Shown: positions 33,406-33,459 of the stretch, one piece after another | Layout: each line of letters opens with the position of its first letter | Numbering within the stretch: position 1 is the first letter of the stretch | NCBI GenBank assembly: GCA_964542515.1 | Contig: CAZIVK010000001.1 | Coordinates: 1 to 33,459, forward strand | DNA from: an uncultured Oscillospiraceae bacterium | Lineage (GTDB): Bacteria; Bacillota; Clostridia; Oscillospirales; JAAYOS01 | DNA length: 33,459 nt | Direction of reading: 5' to 3' | Notes under the pieces: generated by a model | Seen by the model: the letters and a program-made list of their open reading frames with translations, nothing else | Told to the model about the DNA's origin: nothing | The model's database searches: none | Position numbers and translations under genes: made by a program

Positions 33406-33459
33406 TAATACGTAAGGACGGGATACTTGTTTAAACAAGTATCCCGTCCTTACGTATTA
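33406..33459. repeat. Perfect 54-nt palindrome (27-nt arms, no spacer) reaching the window end
   Basis: TAATACGTAAGGACGGGATACTTGTTT (33406-33432) is the exact reverse complement of AAACAAGTATCCCGTCCTTACGTATTA (33433-33459). I checked this base by base. Confidence 0.9.

Noticed and set aside
1-33459. Scan for CRISPR arrays, IS elements, integrases, rRNA and prophage genes
   Set aside because: I saw no regularly spaced direct repeats, no transposase- or recombinase-like ORFs, and no rRNA-like sequence. The only notable repeats are the hairpins and the palindrome listed above.

Overview
This window looks like chromosomal DNA from a Bacillota (Clostridia-like) genome; that call is inferred from strong GGAGG-type RBSs, lipobox lipoproteins, and gdpP-rplI-dnaB and tilS-hpt-ftsH synteny. 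There are four blocks. (1) 15-7659 is an accessory carbohydrate de-esterification/deacetylation cluster: a sugar-type ABC solute-binding lipoprotein, a creatininase-family hydrolase, a GLSMG esterase, a YdjC/ChbG deacetylase, a type-B carboxylesterase and an HSL-like alpha/beta hydrolase. (2) 7746-15406, minus strand, is a tightly coupled, AT-richer four-gene operon. It encodes a JetD-like Toprim protein, two unrecognisable proteins of 523 aa and 227 aa, and a 1453-aa MukB-sized SMC/ABC ATPase. This is the most interesting content. The parts list resembles Wadjet (JetABCD/MksBEFG), but the nuclease gene comes first, the SMC is oversized, and its Walker B reads D-N where D-E is expected. (3) 15415-28461 is housekeeping: a PrsA-like PPIase lipoprotein, a DUF1624 membrane protein, ychF, RNase J, a small orphan gene, gdpP, rplI, dnaB, tilS, hpt and ftsH. 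(4) 28625-33245 is a GldA/GldF/GldG-like ABC-2 module plus a DUF4340 gene interrupted at a C6 tract. It is followed by tRNA-Gly(CCC) and a perfect 54-nt palindrome that reaches the window end. No CRISPR array, rRNA, transposase or integrase was seen. All functional calls rest on motifs read by eye and recalled family knowledge; no searches were run.
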